Source: a virus
Direction: 5' to 3' (one strand)
DNA: 64,000 nt
IMG/VR virus record: IMGVR_UViG_3300020473_000016
Under the pieces are notes generated by a model that saw only the letters and a list, made by a program, of their open reading frames with translations, was not told the origin of the DNA and made no database searches. This document shows positions 1 to 11,589 of this stretch, piece by piece; position 1 is the first letter of the stretch, and the number at the start of each line of letters is the position of its first letter. A program made the translations under genes and the position numbers.

Positions 1-2
1 GC

Positions 3-1343
3 TGTTACACCACAAGCATCACCAGAAGTATAGTTTTCACCAGAATTAGTAATATTAACTTCACTAATTTTACCTGGAACCTTTGTAATAACATATTGGA
101 ATCCAGAACCATTAGATGCATCAGTTAAAGTAACACCTCCTCCCATATTATTATGGAGAGAACAACTAACATAAAGATTATCTGTTACAGGAGCAGCAGG
201 AACCGCCCAAGTTATTTGTCTAGTCGTAGCAGTTGTAAAATTAGCAAGCCAATCTGTTGTAGATACATTAGAACCATCTAATGTGTATGTAATTCCATCT
301 GTACTAATACTCGCAGCATCATCCTGTGTTGTAGAGAAGAATAATGGGTGACCAGCAGCAGTACTATCATTCAAATCGAAGACATATGTCTTACCTTTTA
401 ATAAATTGAAATTATCAATTTGAGATCCATCAAGATAATATTTGCCACTAGCAGCTTTTACTACAAATGTTTGTGTGCCAGCAACATCAATCGTAGCAGA
501 AATTGTATCGTTTACTGCAAATCCTGTACCAGATACCCAGACACTTGCTCCAACTCCCCCAGTGAAATCCTGAATAGCACCATTTTGTACAACTAAGTTA
601 ACAAGACCATTTGTACCACTACCACCTGTTACAGGAATACTTCTCCAAGTACCATTTGGATAGTTTGAACCAGCAGTTAATGTACCCTCAATACCATCAA
701 CTACAAATGTTCCTGTTAAGTTTGTACCACTACCACCTGTGATAGAAATATTACTGTAAGTACCAGGTGTATAGTTATCACCACCATTTGTTATAGAACC
801 TGATACTTCAGGAATAGTAAAGTCGAATAATGCTCCACTACCAGTTCCACCAATTAATGCTATGTTCTGATAAACACCAGGAGTATATCCAGATCCCTGA
901 TTGGTTATTGCTCCACTAAATCCATCAACTTCAATACTTAATAATCCACCGTCACCAGTACCACCTAAAGCAGGAACACTAGCATACGTACCACCATCAT
1001 AGTTTTCACCTGGTGTAAGAATAGAAACAAACAGACTATCAAGACTATTCTTCTCAATAACAAAATTTCGATAATACTTTGTCGAAACAGCAGATAGATC
1101 TGCTATTTTTTTACTGGCATGGGCAAAACCAAATACTCCAGCAGAAGGTCTATAGACACCTAACTGAGTGTCATTTGTAAAAGCTAAAGAAGGAGCTGCG
1201 ACAGTTCCATCTCCTAATCTCAGTAGTCCTGTTGAGAGGTTTGACCCTCCTGAAGTAACAGAAAATATCTGAGAACTGATTGTATTAATTTTTTGCCTTT
1301 GACTCTCAAAGGTGTCGGTTCTCGCTACATTAATTGCTGGCAT
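3..1343 (-). CDS. Tail fibre-like virion protein, N-terminal 447 aa (runs off window start)
   Basis: Hand translation from ATG at 1343 (MPAINVARTDTFESQRQKIN...) is open to position 3; repeated ITNxGxxY-type beta modules; not in the ORF track because it is truncated. Confidence 0.8.
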   Translation of the reverse strand, partial: MPAINVARTDTFESQRQKINTISSQIFSVTSGGSNLSTGLLRLGDGTVAAPSLAFTNDTQLGVYRPSAGVFGFAHASKKIADLSAVSTKYYRNFVIEKNSLDSLFVSILTPGENYDGGTYASVPALGGTGDGGLLSIEVDGFSGAITNQGSGYTPGVYQNIALIGGTGSGALFDFTIPEVSGSITNGGDNYTPGTYSNISITGGSGTNLTGTFVVDGIEGTLTAGSNYPNGTWRSIPVTGGSGTNGLVNLVVQNGAIQDFTGGVGASVWVSGTGFAVNDTISATIDVAGTQTFVVKAASGKYYLDGSQIDNFNLLKGKTYVFDLNDSTAAGHPLFFSTTQDDAASISTDGITYTLDGSNVSTTDWLANFTTATTRQITWAVPAAPVTDNLYVSCSLHNNMGGGVTLTDASNGSGFQYVITKVPGKISEVNITNSGENYTSGDACGVT

Positions 1344-1536
1344 TTGATACTAACTCTCGCAACAGGGATTTGATCTCAAGAATTTCTTCTTTCAACTTAT
1401 TTATGTCTTCAAACGCGGAATTGAAGTTCCGCGTTTTACGTCTTGCCTCTATAGCAGAACTGTCACGATTCAAGATAGCACCTGTGTTTTGGTCTCTTAC
1501 AAGACCGTCATGACCACTTACCTTAAGATAATCCAT
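1330..1536 (-). CDS. Small conserved hypothetical protein with C-terminal coiled coil
   Basis: 68-aa ORF between two structural genes; heptad-like EDINKLKEEILEIKSLLRELV. Confidence 0.7.
   Translation of the reverse strand: MDYLKVSGHDGLVRDQNTGAILNRDSSAIEARRKTRNFNSAFEDINKLKEEILEIKSLLRELVSNASN
1398..1405 (-). promoter_or_regulatory. Probable T4-like late promoter (CATAAATA)
   Basis: One mismatch to TATAAATA, ~55 nt upstream of the fibre ATG. Confidence 0.45.
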
Positions 1537-1545
1537 TCGCGGAGT

Positions 1546-4500
1546 TTAGAATGATGCTACTGCCCTAAGATCCTGAATCTTAGACACATATGCTGGATCA
1601 ACAGATTTCATTACAACTTTAACAGCAAATGAAGAGAATTCAGCAATGTCTGAAGCACTGTAACTTAGTTCTTGATAAGAAGATTGTTTCTCTACAACAC
1701 CAGATATTGTATTCTCACTAGTAGCAACTTCACTCTGATCTGGTACACCTGTACCATTGAAATACTGCCAATCAATATCTTCAAAGTTTTCTTGACTTGA
1801 TGCCTTCTTAGTTCTATAAAGAACTTCAACATTTGAAATATCTTTAACATTAACTGTCAATTTAACATTGACATTTGTTGCTGGATTACTAATTCCAATT
1901 TCCTTAGTAACATACTTAGCAATAGATGATCCATTCTTAGAAGTATTCTCAGGAATGAAATCTAAACCATTAGTATAACTCACTTTACCAACTTCTAAGT
2001 AATATGCTTCATCATCTACTTGATTTGGATATTTAATTATATCTCCAACACGGAATATATCAGGAGTCTGACTAGCAATAGTTGCATTTCTATTATAATC
2101 AGCACTATCTATTATTCTAGCAGTAAAGTTATCATTGATTGGTTGTGTATCAGTTCTTACAGTAAGTTCCTTACTATTAGAATCCCACTGTTGACTTGTA
2201 CCAAGTATACCGTAACTTGGACTATCATATACCTCAGTTATAACACTAGGATTACGTGCAACTATAGTTGCTTCATCAGCAATAGATGTAATAACTTCTT
2301 GAGGATAAGAATTAACTGTAACAGTATTATTATCTGTCACTGTACTCTGAACACTTAAACGAATACGTTCTCCTTTCTGGAAATACTGACTAGTTTTAAC
2401 TCTTACAACTACTTCACTTGAATTTACTGCTGCAATAGTACCAGATGCTTTTGAAGAATCACCTGTAATTGTTTGATTACTTGTTATAGCAGTACCGCCA
2501 TTACCAGTAAGATTGAATTTGTATATTGGATAGAATTCTAGTATCTGATCTTTTCTACCAAACCTATCTTCTTTACCACTTCCATTTTCAACTCTATTAG
2601 AAACTGTCTTAACAGATGAAGATGAAAGATCCACAACTGGACTCAAATGAGACACAGTAGACGTAAGAAGTAATTTATAAGTTAAAGATTCACTCAAACT
2701 ATTCATTGTTTCATTAATCTTAGAAGCAATAAACTTCTGATTTGTGAAATAATGTGGTTCATTTAAGAATGTCTTCTCATAATCACTAGATCTTGAATAT
2801 GAAACATAGTTAGTTGTACTAGAATCAACTGGAACTACATTAGTTGTTTTAACAGATGTTTCTATTTTAGTTCCACCTGTAGTTAAATATTGAACTTGTG
2901 GATATAGTATCTCATACTTTCTATTATGAGATGCATAAGTAGTAGTTCCACCACCTATAGCGTTACCTGATGCTTGAGAAGCACTAGTAATAGTGTAACT
3001 ATCAACACCTCCATTATCTGTTTGGAATAAATTAGTGTTAAGATTATCTGCGGTAATACCTGCTACTTCTGTTGCAGACCTATAGAATACATATGATTTT
3101 CCAGTATCTTCAAAACCATTATCTCTGTGATTAACTTTGATAATCTTATTGTTATTCTTGAATAACTTAGAAGTTGCTGAAGTTGCAGCACTAGCATTAG
3201 TTTCAAATGGATTTTCACTTAGTAGTGTATATCCTAGATTACCATTCTTAAGTAACAATTCTGCTGGTCTAGTAATAATAAACTCAGCACGATATAACTT
3301 AAACTTAAGATCTTCAAATATATCTTCTGTCCAGTTATCTACGTTTTGTGATTTATATACAGAACCTAATGATGGTTGAGAAGTAATAACTGTACTTGTA
3401 GAAACATCAGTATCACCTAATTTAGATGCCCATAATTCATAATCTATTGAATCTGTTTCAATTGCAATAGCATACTCAGTATCATTTTCTAGATATACTG
3501 GATAGTCAAATGCAAAGTATGTTGGAGTTGTTGAATTAGTAACACCAGTCTGATCTGTTGCTACACCCATTCTTACAGCAGGAGTATCTATTTCAATAGC
3601 AGTTACTATTTCACATCCACCTGCTCCATTACCAATACCTTTAACAACAACTGATGGTGCTTCAGTATATCCATAACCTGGAAGTAGTACTTCTGTATTA
3701 TAGACTTTACCTCCTGATACAAATATGCTTGCAGTAGCAGTAGATCCACCAGGTAATTGAGGACTCTCAATAGTTAATAAAGCACTATCATAATTTTGAC
3801 CAACGGCAGTTACCTTAATATCAGATAACTTACCACTATCCTTAGCAATAGTTAATTTCAATTCAGTAGCATTAGTATTATTTGCTAATGTAACTGAAGG
3901 TATAGTTAAATCTTCATTCTGTTTGAATGCTTTACCATTATGATTACTAAGAACAAGAGTATAACATTGCTCATTAGTTAATGTGTATACACCAGATGCA
4001 GTTGCAACTAGATCAACACCATTTCTATCAATAACTTTCTGAATTGGACCACTAGCAGAAGAACTTGCACCAGTTGCACTTTCTCCTTTAGTAACACTAA
4101 CATTTCCATTAGTATAAACTTTAAGATATGTACTAGGTGCTAAAACTTTTTCTGTTCCAGGAACAACATTCTTTCCTGGTTTATCACTATCAACATTACT
4201 TACATAAACTTTAACTGGAATATCATTACTCTTCTTACTGAAGTATAAATCAGCACCAGTTACAAATACACCACCATCAAAGTTCTCAACTTTAAATGTC
4301 TGAGCAAGAGGATTGGGTCTTACTGGATTATCTGTATTATTGTCTATTATTTGAACACCTTCATTTGCTTTGAAGTATGCTGGTCTAGTAGAGACAATAC
4401 TTGATGGATTCTCTGGAAGAATACCAGTTGCATAGTACTTAACTTCTGCATATGTATCAACAGTTGACTTATCAGCATCAATATCACTAGATGTAAATCT

Positions 4501-7500
4501 AAATGTCTTGATACCAGTTGTTACACGAATCTCTTCTGCAACAGTATCATAAGATACAGTATCAACATCACCACTCCAAGTTGCATTCTCTCTTGGTGGT
4601 TGTCCAGCAGGAAGTAAAATTATACCACTAGCATTACCATTATTGTCTGTAATAACATCTCCATTAAATGCAGATGGTGAGTTACCAGCAGTACCAGTAA
4701 ATCTAAGGTCAGGGTTAACCCAACGATTAACATTTCTACCTTCTAAGAAAACATTAATCTTAGTATTTGGTTTTAATCTATTAACAACAAACTTAATTGC
4801 TTGACTTCTAGCAAAGAACTGAAGTGCAGTAGATACAATCTTTCCATCAACAGTCTTAGTTTGAATACCCTTACCAACTTCATTATTCTGAGGACTTACA
4901 TTAGAAGAACTTGCAACAGATGCTGAATCAACAGAAGCAGCAGCTTGTTGTGAAGCAACCTCACCTAATGAATTAATAGCAGTAAATGATGGTGATGTTC
5001 CAACCCAGTTACATACAAATGAATTGTATAGACTAGAGAAACTCTCACTAACATGATCCTTAGCAAGGAATATACTATAAAGATTAGTATTTGTATCAAC
5101 AACTAATGGTTCGATACTCTGATCATACCATTGATCTATTGCTGGAGAAATAACACTATCTCCAACATATTGAAGAACAACAAATGGATTTGGATTTATT
5201 GTCTTAGATGCAAAATCATTTCCTAATAAAGATAATGATGTATATGGAAGTGTAATAATATCACCAGACTTCTTATAACCAGAAACTGCTCTCTGATCTT
5301 CTCTTGAGTTAACCTCTTCTAAAGATACAGAATCTTCTTTGGATTGTGGACGTAATACTGACTGTTGACTATCTATAGCACACTGATAATCTAAAGATGT
5401 TAAATTACCTAATCCATGTGTTTCAAAATTATCAACAAAGAATCCACTCTTAAATCTATCAAGTCCTATTTCATCCTTGATCTGCATATTTAATGCTTGT
5501 TGCTCAAGAATGCTTAGTGTTGTATAGAACTCTAATCTCTCAACACGCTTCTCCAACTTACCAATATCACGCATTGTATAACGCTTGTTATCAACAGGAG
5601 TTATTCTTACATCTTTAGTTGTCTTAGTATATGCAGGAATATAAGCATAGAATAGAGGAACCGCATCTGCAATAGGATCTGGTTTAGATGGGTTGAGTGA
5701 AGAGTTACCTTGCTTGATAACAAACTCACCTTTTTTATTAAGGAATATACCATCAATACGATCTAAGTATTGAACAGTACTAAATGAGAATGTAAATTCT
5801 AAATTACTATCTGGAGCAGGAGTAGATGTAACAACAGCACCAGCACCAGAGAATGCTCCACTAGTATCTGCTAGAGAAGATACATCCTGATAACCAGCAA
5901 TAATAGTAGTACTATCTACTTTAGGTCTAAAATCAAGTACGTTCTTAAGTTCAACCATTCCATGAACATTAGAATCGAAAGTAGGTATCTCATCTTCAGG
6001 AACACCTGCTTCATGTAGATAACTATCAATAGTACAGAAGTCACCTTGTGATTGTTCAAAATAATCGAAACCAATTACTAATTGTCCTGTTGTTGCTTGT
6101 GCTCCTGGTTTAATAACGATTCTAGAAACGTCGTAAACCGTATCTCTTTGACCATTGTCGAAGGTAAACCTGTTAGTAACGTCAGTACCAACAATAAGAT
6201 TACCAGCACTATCGACTTCAGGCGGTTGTGATGAAGTTCCTTCATAAACATATCTTAGTTTATATGCATCTGCATAAGATAGAATTTCAATTACCTCAGT
6301 ATCATAGTCAGTTCCTCTGAAAGGAATAACACGATCACCAGATGAAGCAACAATAATTCTCTTATTGCTAACTGATGTCTTTAGTCTAGGCTTAGCATTG
6401 CTAACTTCAAGAGTAGCAGTTAGTTTTAATTTAGGGAATGTTCCATAATTATTTGGATCTCCACCAAAATAATTCGCTGCTAATTGTAATGTAATACTAC
6501 CAGATGTCAAACCACTAGCAGTATCAGTAGCAGAAGTAATTTCTACACTATCAGGTGGAAGATATATAATATCTCCAGCAGCAATATCTGGAGCACCACC
6601 TGGATCTAGTACAGTTACTATATAATTTTCTTCACTGTATGAAACAAACCTTTGTGTACCAAATGGCAACTGTGCAGCAAAAGTAATTAAACCACCACCA
6701 GTAGATGTCTCTGCAACAAAATCTCTACGGAAGAAATATTTAATCTTAGTATCATTACCACCAGCAGAAATTTTCTGTACTTGCTTACTACCAGTAGGAT
6801 ATATTAATGTACCAGCAGCAGTGTTACCTACTTTAGGACGTAACCTAACAATATTTGTATTATTTACATCTGCTGGAAGAACAGTATCTAGATATACTCT
6901 AGTTTTAGCAGCACCTTTTGGTTCAGTTGCATATTGAACTATTGCACGAACTAAAGCATTGTTACTATCAGAGAATTGAACTATATCTCCTTGTTGTAAA
7001 TCTTTTGAAGCATCTGCACTAAAACTAGTGGATTCAATAAAATTGGATCCGTTGCTACCAAAGAATGTATATTCTGTTACATCTTTAATATCTGAGAAGG
7101 ATCTATCATCAACCACAACATCAGCACTAAATTTATTAGCACCACCAGATCCATACTGACAACCAACAGACTTAACATTCTGTGGTGTATAAGTTGTTAC
7201 AGCATTTCTTACAAGTACAGGAACAACAGCAGCAGCGTCACCTGGATCAGATCCTGGTCCATTCTTAACTGTGACTGCTGGAGGTTGAGCATATGTTACA
7301 TTTAATCCAGTTCTATTGATAATATCACAAGAATAGATCTTACCATCATTATCCTTAGATATAGTAATAACAGAGTTATCGTAATCAACACCATTAATTG
7401 TTAATTCAGAATCATCATTATAACCAAGACCTCTCTTCTGAACTACAAAATGAGAGATAGTATTATCTTTAGCAATCTTTATTGTATTTCCTGCTTCATC

Positions 7501-9669
7501 TTTAATAGTTTCACCAGATTCAAATTTTCCTGAAAGTGTTTTGATAAAGAGAATCTTTCCAGTTGAATAAACACCATTAGATGCTCCTTCAATGACACCA
7601 TAAGCATCACTAGATAATCCAAAGATGTATTTACCTATTTCAAATGTACCACCTGTTCTTGGTCTCTCAAGAATAATCTTAGTATAGAATTCGGGATCAA
7701 AATAAGAGAATCCAAATGTAGTATTATATGCTGCACCACCTTGAGATAAACGTCCTTTAGAAAGAACAATATCAGAATCAGAATTGAATCCTAATCCTCT
7801 TTCTTGTAGTACAAAGTTACTAGGCTTAGCAGTTCCTATTACAGGAGTAATAGTTTCACTATAATCTACAATAAATCCTAGAGCTTGATCAGCAACTACA
7901 TCAGCAGAAGCATTAGCAGATGTAAGGAATATCTTTCTTTGCTTACCCTGATCACCTAGATCACTCTCAGTTAATAATGCTTCAATCTCATCCTTATTAC
8001 CAGTAACAGTTAACTCTAAGTAGAATACTGAGGTGTTAGGATTGATTAATGGTTTATTAACCTTAGCAAATGCTAATGATTTAATCGAACTAGTAGATGT
8101 TGGAGAATTAGCACCATCTCTAGTTTTAATATAATAAAGAGTTCCTAATAAACTTTGGAAGTTAGAATCATCTACAGAAGCAAGTGTATTGGTAGTATTC
8201 GTTACTTGAATAGTAATAGTTTTTATACCATCATTAGAAGATAGTATAGAACCTCTCTTATTAGTAGTCTGTCTATGATCAGTTGCTGCTTCTGTACCAT
8301 TTAAACCTACACTACCATCATTAAATGTAGAGTATAAAAATACTGTTGGGTATGAAGTTAAATCAGAACCTTCTTGGTTAAGAGGAACACTTCCATAAAC
8401 ATTGTTTATACTATAAGTAGGTAATCCTTTAGTCTTTAATGTTACATTATCACTAGTAACACTTTCCTTTGCTTTATCGACTGTTAAATATTTGGTTTCT
8501 TTATTAACAATCTCATATCCTTTAATATATGCTTTACCAGGTCCAATACTGGCAACCATTTTCTTAGATGCATCAGCAGCAGATAATCCGTTATAAAGTC
8601 CAAATTCATCAGCAGCATAGATGCCCTGATTACCATCTTTCTGTGTATATTCTCTTATGTCAGTAGCAAAACTGTCTACTACATAATCTCCACTCTCATC
8701 AAAAGTTCTACGAGCAAGAGTTTGTTCTAATAGATTATAATCTGTTGGAGATACTTTCTTTTGTACAACTCCTCTAGAAACTCTAAGAAGTTCTATGAAG
8801 TTTTTATCTGTAATTGTATCAAGAGAAAATTCTTTTAACTGAAGACCAATCTTTAATCTATGAGCACCAGGTGCAGTAGCATTAGAAGATCCTATTGAAT
8901 TATCATACAATGATGCATCTTCTTCAGGAGTTATAATGTCTTCAACAATAGTAAATCCAATCTTTGCAGATGGTTTGTCGTAATATTCATCAATGACAAG
9001 AAGATTAGAATCGTTACGAACAAAATAACCATTAATAAAGTAAATACCTTCTTCTACTTTAACAGCAGAACCATATCCCATTGCAGGACTTTCAAGTGAA
9101 GTAACCTCGCTAGTATCAGGGTTAGTTACTTGAATACTCGTAGGAAGTACACTACCGTCTGTACCTACTACGAGTAAAGGAGTATTGACACCATCAACAA
9201 CTTCTAGAGTCTCACCTTGTCTAAAAGTAGACTCAGTATTAGAATTACCACTATTCAGATAATTAACAAAGACTGTATCTGCTGATGCTTCTGTTGCTAG
9301 TTTCGTTGCTAGTATCGTTCCTACAACACCAGAAGTTATCCCTTTCAGTTGTTGTCCAACTAATAGAGATATATCGTATTTCTTATAAACAATCTCTCCA
9401 CCCTCGTTAACTGCTACTTCCGAAACAGAAGATAGTTTAACGTAATCCAATTTGGTGTTGAGACCTACCTCTCCAGGTATGACAAGTTCACCTTGTTTAA
9501 AGGCATACTTACCAAAAGATTCAATCTGATTCTGAAGAATAGATTGAACCTGTGTTAATTCTCGACCCTGTATAGAGTAACCAGGACGAAATAGAATTTT
9601 ATAAAAATTCTTGTTTACGTCAAAGTCCTCGTAATAAGGGCTTACATTTAAGTTCGTCTTTTGTGGCAT
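1546..9669 (-). CDS. Large virion structural protein (DUF4815-like)
   Basis: 2,707 aa; N-terminus NLNVSPYYEDFD...ILFRPG...RELTQVQSILQNQIE is typical of this cyanomyovirus family; lies directly after gp8. Confidence 0.8.
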   Translation of the reverse strand: MPQKTNLNVSPYYEDFDVNKNFYKILFRPGYSIQGRELTQVQSILQNQIESFGKYAFKQGELVIPGEVGLNTKLDYVKLSSVSEVAVNEGGEIVYKKYDISLLVGQQLKGITSGVVGTILATKLATEASADTVFVNYLNSGNSNTESTFRQGETLEVVDGVNTPLLVVGTDGSVLPTSIQVTNPDTSEVTSLESPAMGYGSAVKVEEGIYFINGYFVRNDSNLLVIDEYYDKPSAKIGFTIVEDIITPEEDASLYDNSIGSSNATAPGAHRLKIGLQLKEFSLDTITDKNFIELLRVSRGVVQKKVSPTDYNLLEQTLARRTFDESGDYVVDSFATDIREYTQKDGNQGIYAADEFGLYNGLSAADASKKMVASIGPGKAYIKGYEIVNKETKYLTVDKAKESVTSDNVTLKTKGLPTYSINNVYGSVPLNQEGSDLTSYPTVFLYSTFNDGSVGLNGTEAATDHRQTTNKRGSILSSNDGIKTITIQVTNTTNTLASVDDSNFQSLLGTLYYIKTRDGANSPTSTSSIKSLAFAKVNKPLINPNTSVFYLELTVTGNKDEIEALLTESDLGDQGKQRKIFLTSANASADVVADQALGFIVDYSETITPVIGTAKPSNFVLQERGLGFNSDSDIVLSKGRLSQGGAAYNTTFGFSYFDPEFYTKIILERPRTGGTFEIGKYIFGLSSDAYGVIEGASNGVYSTGKILFIKTLSGKFESGETIKDEAGNTIKIAKDNTISHFVVQKRGLGYNDDSELTINGVDYDNSVITISKDNDGKIYSCDIINRTGLNVTYAQPPAVTVKNGPGSDPGDAAAVVPVLVRNAVTTYTPQNVKSVGCQYGSGGANKFSADVVVDDRSFSDIKDVTEYTFFGSNGSNFIESTSFSADASKDLQQGDIVQFSDSNNALVRAIVQYATEPKGAAKTRVYLDTVLPADVNNTNIVRLRPKVGNTAAGTLIYPTGSKQVQKISAGGNDTKIKYFFRRDFVAETSTGGGLITFAAQLPFGTQRFVSYSEENYIVTVLDPGGAPDIAAGDIIYLPPDSVEITSATDTASGLTSGSITLQLAANYFGGDPNNYGTFPKLKLTATLEVSNAKPRLKTSVSNKRIIVASSGDRVIPFRGTDYDTEVIEILSYADAYKLRYVYEGTSSQPPEVDSAGNLIVGTDVTNRFTFDNGQRDTVYDVSRIVIKPGAQATTGQLVIGFDYFEQSQGDFCTIDSYLHEAGVPEDEIPTFDSNVHGMVELKNVLDFRPKVDSTTIIAGYQDVSSLADTSGAFSGAGAVVTSTPAPDSNLEFTFSFSTVQYLDRIDGIFLNKKGEFVIKQGNSSLNPSKPDPIADAVPLFYAYIPAYTKTTKDVRITPVDNKRYTMRDIGKLEKRVERLEFYTTLSILEQQALNMQIKDEIGLDRFKSGFFVDNFETHGLGNLTSLDYQCAIDSQQSVLRPQSKEDSVSLEEVNSREDQRAVSGYKKSGDIITLPYTSLSLLGNDFASKTINPNPFVVLQYVGDSVISPAIDQWYDQSIEPLVVDTNTNLYSIFLAKDHVSESFSSLYNSFVCNWVGTSPSFTAINSLGEVASQQAAASVDSASVASSSNVSPQNNEVGKGIQTKTVDGKIVSTALQFFARSQAIKFVVNRLKPNTKINVFLEGRNVNRWVNPDLRFTGTAGNSPSAFNGDVITDNNGNASGIILLPAGQPPRENATWSGDVDTVSYDTVAEEIRVTTGIKTFRFTSSDIDADKSTVDTYAEVKYYATGILPENPSSIVSTRPAYFKANEGVQIIDNNTDNPVRPNPLAQTFKVENFDGGVFVTGADLYFSKKSNDIPVKVYVSNVDSDKPGKNVVPGTEKVLAPSTYLKVYTNGNVSVTKGESATGASSSASGPIQKVIDRNGVDLVATASGVYTLTNEQCYTLVLSNHNGKAFKQNEDLTIPSVTLANNTNATELKLTIAKDSGKLSDIKVTAVGQNYDSALLTIESPQLPGGSTATASIFVSGGKVYNTEVLLPGYGYTEAPSVVVKGIGNGAGGCEIVTAIEIDTPAVRMGVATDQTGVTNSTTPTYFAFDYPVYLENDTEYAIAIETDSIDYELWASKLGDTDVSTSTVITSQPSLGSVYKSQNVDNWTEDIFEDLKFKLYRAEFIITRPAELLLKNGNLGYTLLSENPFETNASAATSATSKLFKNNNKIIKVNHRDNGFEDTGKSYVFYRSATEVAGITADNLNTNLFQTDNGGVDSYTITSASQASGNAIGGGTTTYASHNRKYEILYPQVQYLTTGGTKIETSVKTTNVVPVDSSTTNYVSYSRSSDYEKTFLNEPHYFTNQKFIASKINETMNSLSESLTYKLLLTSTVSHLSPVVDLSSSSVKTVSNRVENGSGKEDRFGRKDQILEFYPIYKFNLTGNGGTAITSNQTITGDSSKASGTIAAVNSSEVVVRVKTSQYFQKGERIRLSVQSTVTDNNTVTVNSYPQEVITSIADEATIVARNPSVITEVYDSPSYGILGTSQQWDSNSKELTVRTDTQPINDNFTARIIDSADYNRNATIASQTPDIFRVGDIIKYPNQVDDEAYYLEVGKVSYTNGLDFIPENTSKNGSSIAKYVTKEIGISNPATNVNVKLTVNVKDISNVEVLYRTKKASSQENFEDIDWQYFNGTGVPDQSEVATSENTISGVVEKQSSYQELSYSASDIAEFSSFAVKVVMKSVDPAYVSKIQDLRAVASF

Positions 9670-9703
9670 CTTACTATCGCCAATACTAGCATCTTGTCCT
9701 TAG

Positions 9704-9710
9704 TATTTAG
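9704..9710 (-). promoter_or_regulatory. Late promoter variant (CTAAATA)
   Basis: In the short intergenic gap upstream of the 2,707-aa gene. Confidence 0.55.
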
Positions 9711-9727
9711 CGAAGTAAATGAAGTGC

Positions 9728-11545
9728 TTAGAACTCAATGACTAGTTTAATATCTTCGATCTGGTCAGGAGCACGAGTAATTAGTCTTCTGTTCTCGATG
9801 TAGATAACATCACCAGAGTTATTTGCAATCTCAGGATTAGCAAGACCACTGGAGAATGTAGAACCTAATAGAGAGTTACTATAACCAGTATCAACATTAC
9901 CACTAGCAGCAGATAAACCACCAGTAATAGCATTAGAACCGTTACTCTCAAAATCTTCTACAACACCATTGTGTGTATGTTCATCGTTAACTTGGATGTA
10001 CTTAAGAACACCTGTTGTTGTTTGACCTTGATCTAATGTCCAAGAAACAACAGTACCCTTAGCAGTACCACCTGCTGCTGTTGATTGAGTAATTTCTTCA
10101 TCAGGAACGAAATCAGCAGTCGCACCTGTAATCTTAACTGCTTTCAATCCACTTAATGTATCAGCAGTGGAGAAAGTTGTAGTTCCGAAGTTGTATGGAT
10201 CTTTAATAATACCAATTCTACGGAAGTCGTTATCTACTGGGAAGTCTCCAGAACCCTCAGCATAAGTTAGACGAATATTCGTCATAACTCTCTTACCATT
10301 AAGTTCTGTCTCGAAGTCTGAACCGTGACCACCTTGTGAAGGAAGAATTACTTCTATTTCACCTTTAGCAGAAGCACCAGTTGCTACAGCACTAGATAGT
10401 CCAGCATTACTGAATAAGTTACCATTTCCTAATAGAACATTAGCATAGGTATAACCTGTTCCACGTGCTTCGATCTCAGCAGATGTGATAGTTCCAGAAC
10501 CATCTGTGGCGAATTTAACCTTACCACCTGTTCCGTCACCTTTAATACTTGTGTATAGAGTCTGTGAAGCAGGAAGACCTGATCCAGCATTCTCAATAAG
10601 AGCAACATCAATAGCACCAGCGACTGCTAGAGCCTCAGTTGCTTGACGAGTTGCGTTTGTAGAAAGCACAACAGGAATGAAGTCAGAAGATAAGAACTTC
10701 AAAACATCATCAGTTGGGATGGTGTACATATACTTCCAAATGTATCCAGCACCAGTAGTCTCTGTATAAAGACCTGTTGCGGAAGCATAGTTAGCACCAG
10801 ATGTGCTTGGTTCCTCAGTAGCGTTTTGTCCAGTAGCATTTGAAGGATTCTCTCCATTATAGAGACACTTGAATACTTCGTATGAGGAGTTCAGTACATA
10901 AAACTTTGCGGTAGAGATGCTATCTTGTCCTGTAGCAGTCTGCTTACCTATTTGACCACCGCCACCTGGAGTAGCAGAGTAGTCAGGTTTCCACATATCG
11001 AACTTAGGGTTTGCAACTAAGTCCCAATTGTAACGACGAATTACTGTACGAGCATAAGCACCAGTAACACGCTTGGCTGCAATAATCTCATCATAAAGAT
11101 TAACTTTCTCTGTTGCGTTATCTAGTGGTAGAGGTGGCACATCCTCTGTTGCATAACGATAAACGCCAGATACTGCTTCTGCACCAGTGTCAGATCCACC
11201 TGATCCACCAGTTCTACCTTTCAGAGTAGATCCTAGAGTAGGAACAGAGTTAACACCGTTACTTCCAAATACGTCGGTAAGAAGTAATGCATTGTCATAT
11301 ACTGCGGCTATTGTCGCACGAAAGGCAGTGCTTCCGTAAGTACCAACATACACTTCTTGTCCTACTACAAATGCTGTAGCGTTTTGAGAATGGATTTCGA
11401 GATTTGCTTTCCACGGTTGTGGTCTACCCACAAAGAAATACATCCTAGAGCGTTCCGCACTAGCATCCGTTGCACCCTCAGTGAGAGATTCAAGGAATTG
11501 TTTCGCATTGAAAATCCTAAATTTATCAGATATAATAGCAGCCAT
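9728..11545 (-). CDS. gp8: Baseplate wedge subunit gp8
   Basis: MAAIISDKFRIFNAKQF start, YIWKYMYTI core, RAPDQIEDIKLVIEF end; synteny gp6-gp7-gp8. Confidence 0.9.
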   Translation of the reverse strand: MAAIISDKFRIFNAKQFLESLTEGATDASAERSRMYFFVGRPQPWKANLEIHSQNATAFVVGQEVYVGTYGSTAFRATIAAVYDNALLLTDVFGSNGVNSVPTLGSTLKGRTGGSGGSDTGAEAVSGVYRYATEDVPPLPLDNATEKVNLYDEIIAAKRVTGAYARTVIRRYNWDLVANPKFDMWKPDYSATPGGGGQIGKQTATGQDSISTAKFYVLNSSYEVFKCLYNGENPSNATGQNATEEPSTSGANYASATGLYTETTGAGYIWKYMYTIPTDDVLKFLSSDFIPVVLSTNATRQATEALAVAGAIDVALIENAGSGLPASQTLYTSIKGDGTGGKVKFATDGSGTITSAEIEARGTGYTYANVLLGNGNLFSNAGLSSAVATGASAKGEIEVILPSQGGHGSDFETELNGKRVMTNIRLTYAEGSGDFPVDNDFRRIGIIKDPYNFGTTTFSTADTLSGLKAVKITGATADFVPDEEITQSTAAGGTAKGTVVSWTLDQGQTTTGVLKYIQVNDEHTHNGVVEDFESNGSNAITGGLSAASGNVDTGYSNSLLGSTFSSGLANPEIANNSGDVIYIENRRLITRAPDQIEDIKLVIEF

Positions 11546-11575
11546 TTAATTTACCGACGTGTTTTGTGCCAAAGT

Positions 11576-11589
11576 TATTTATATTTATA
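11576..11589 (-). promoter_or_regulatory. Two overlapping perfect late promoters (TATAAATA x2)
   Basis: Plus strand tatttatatttata in the gp7-gp8 gap. Confidence 0.8.
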
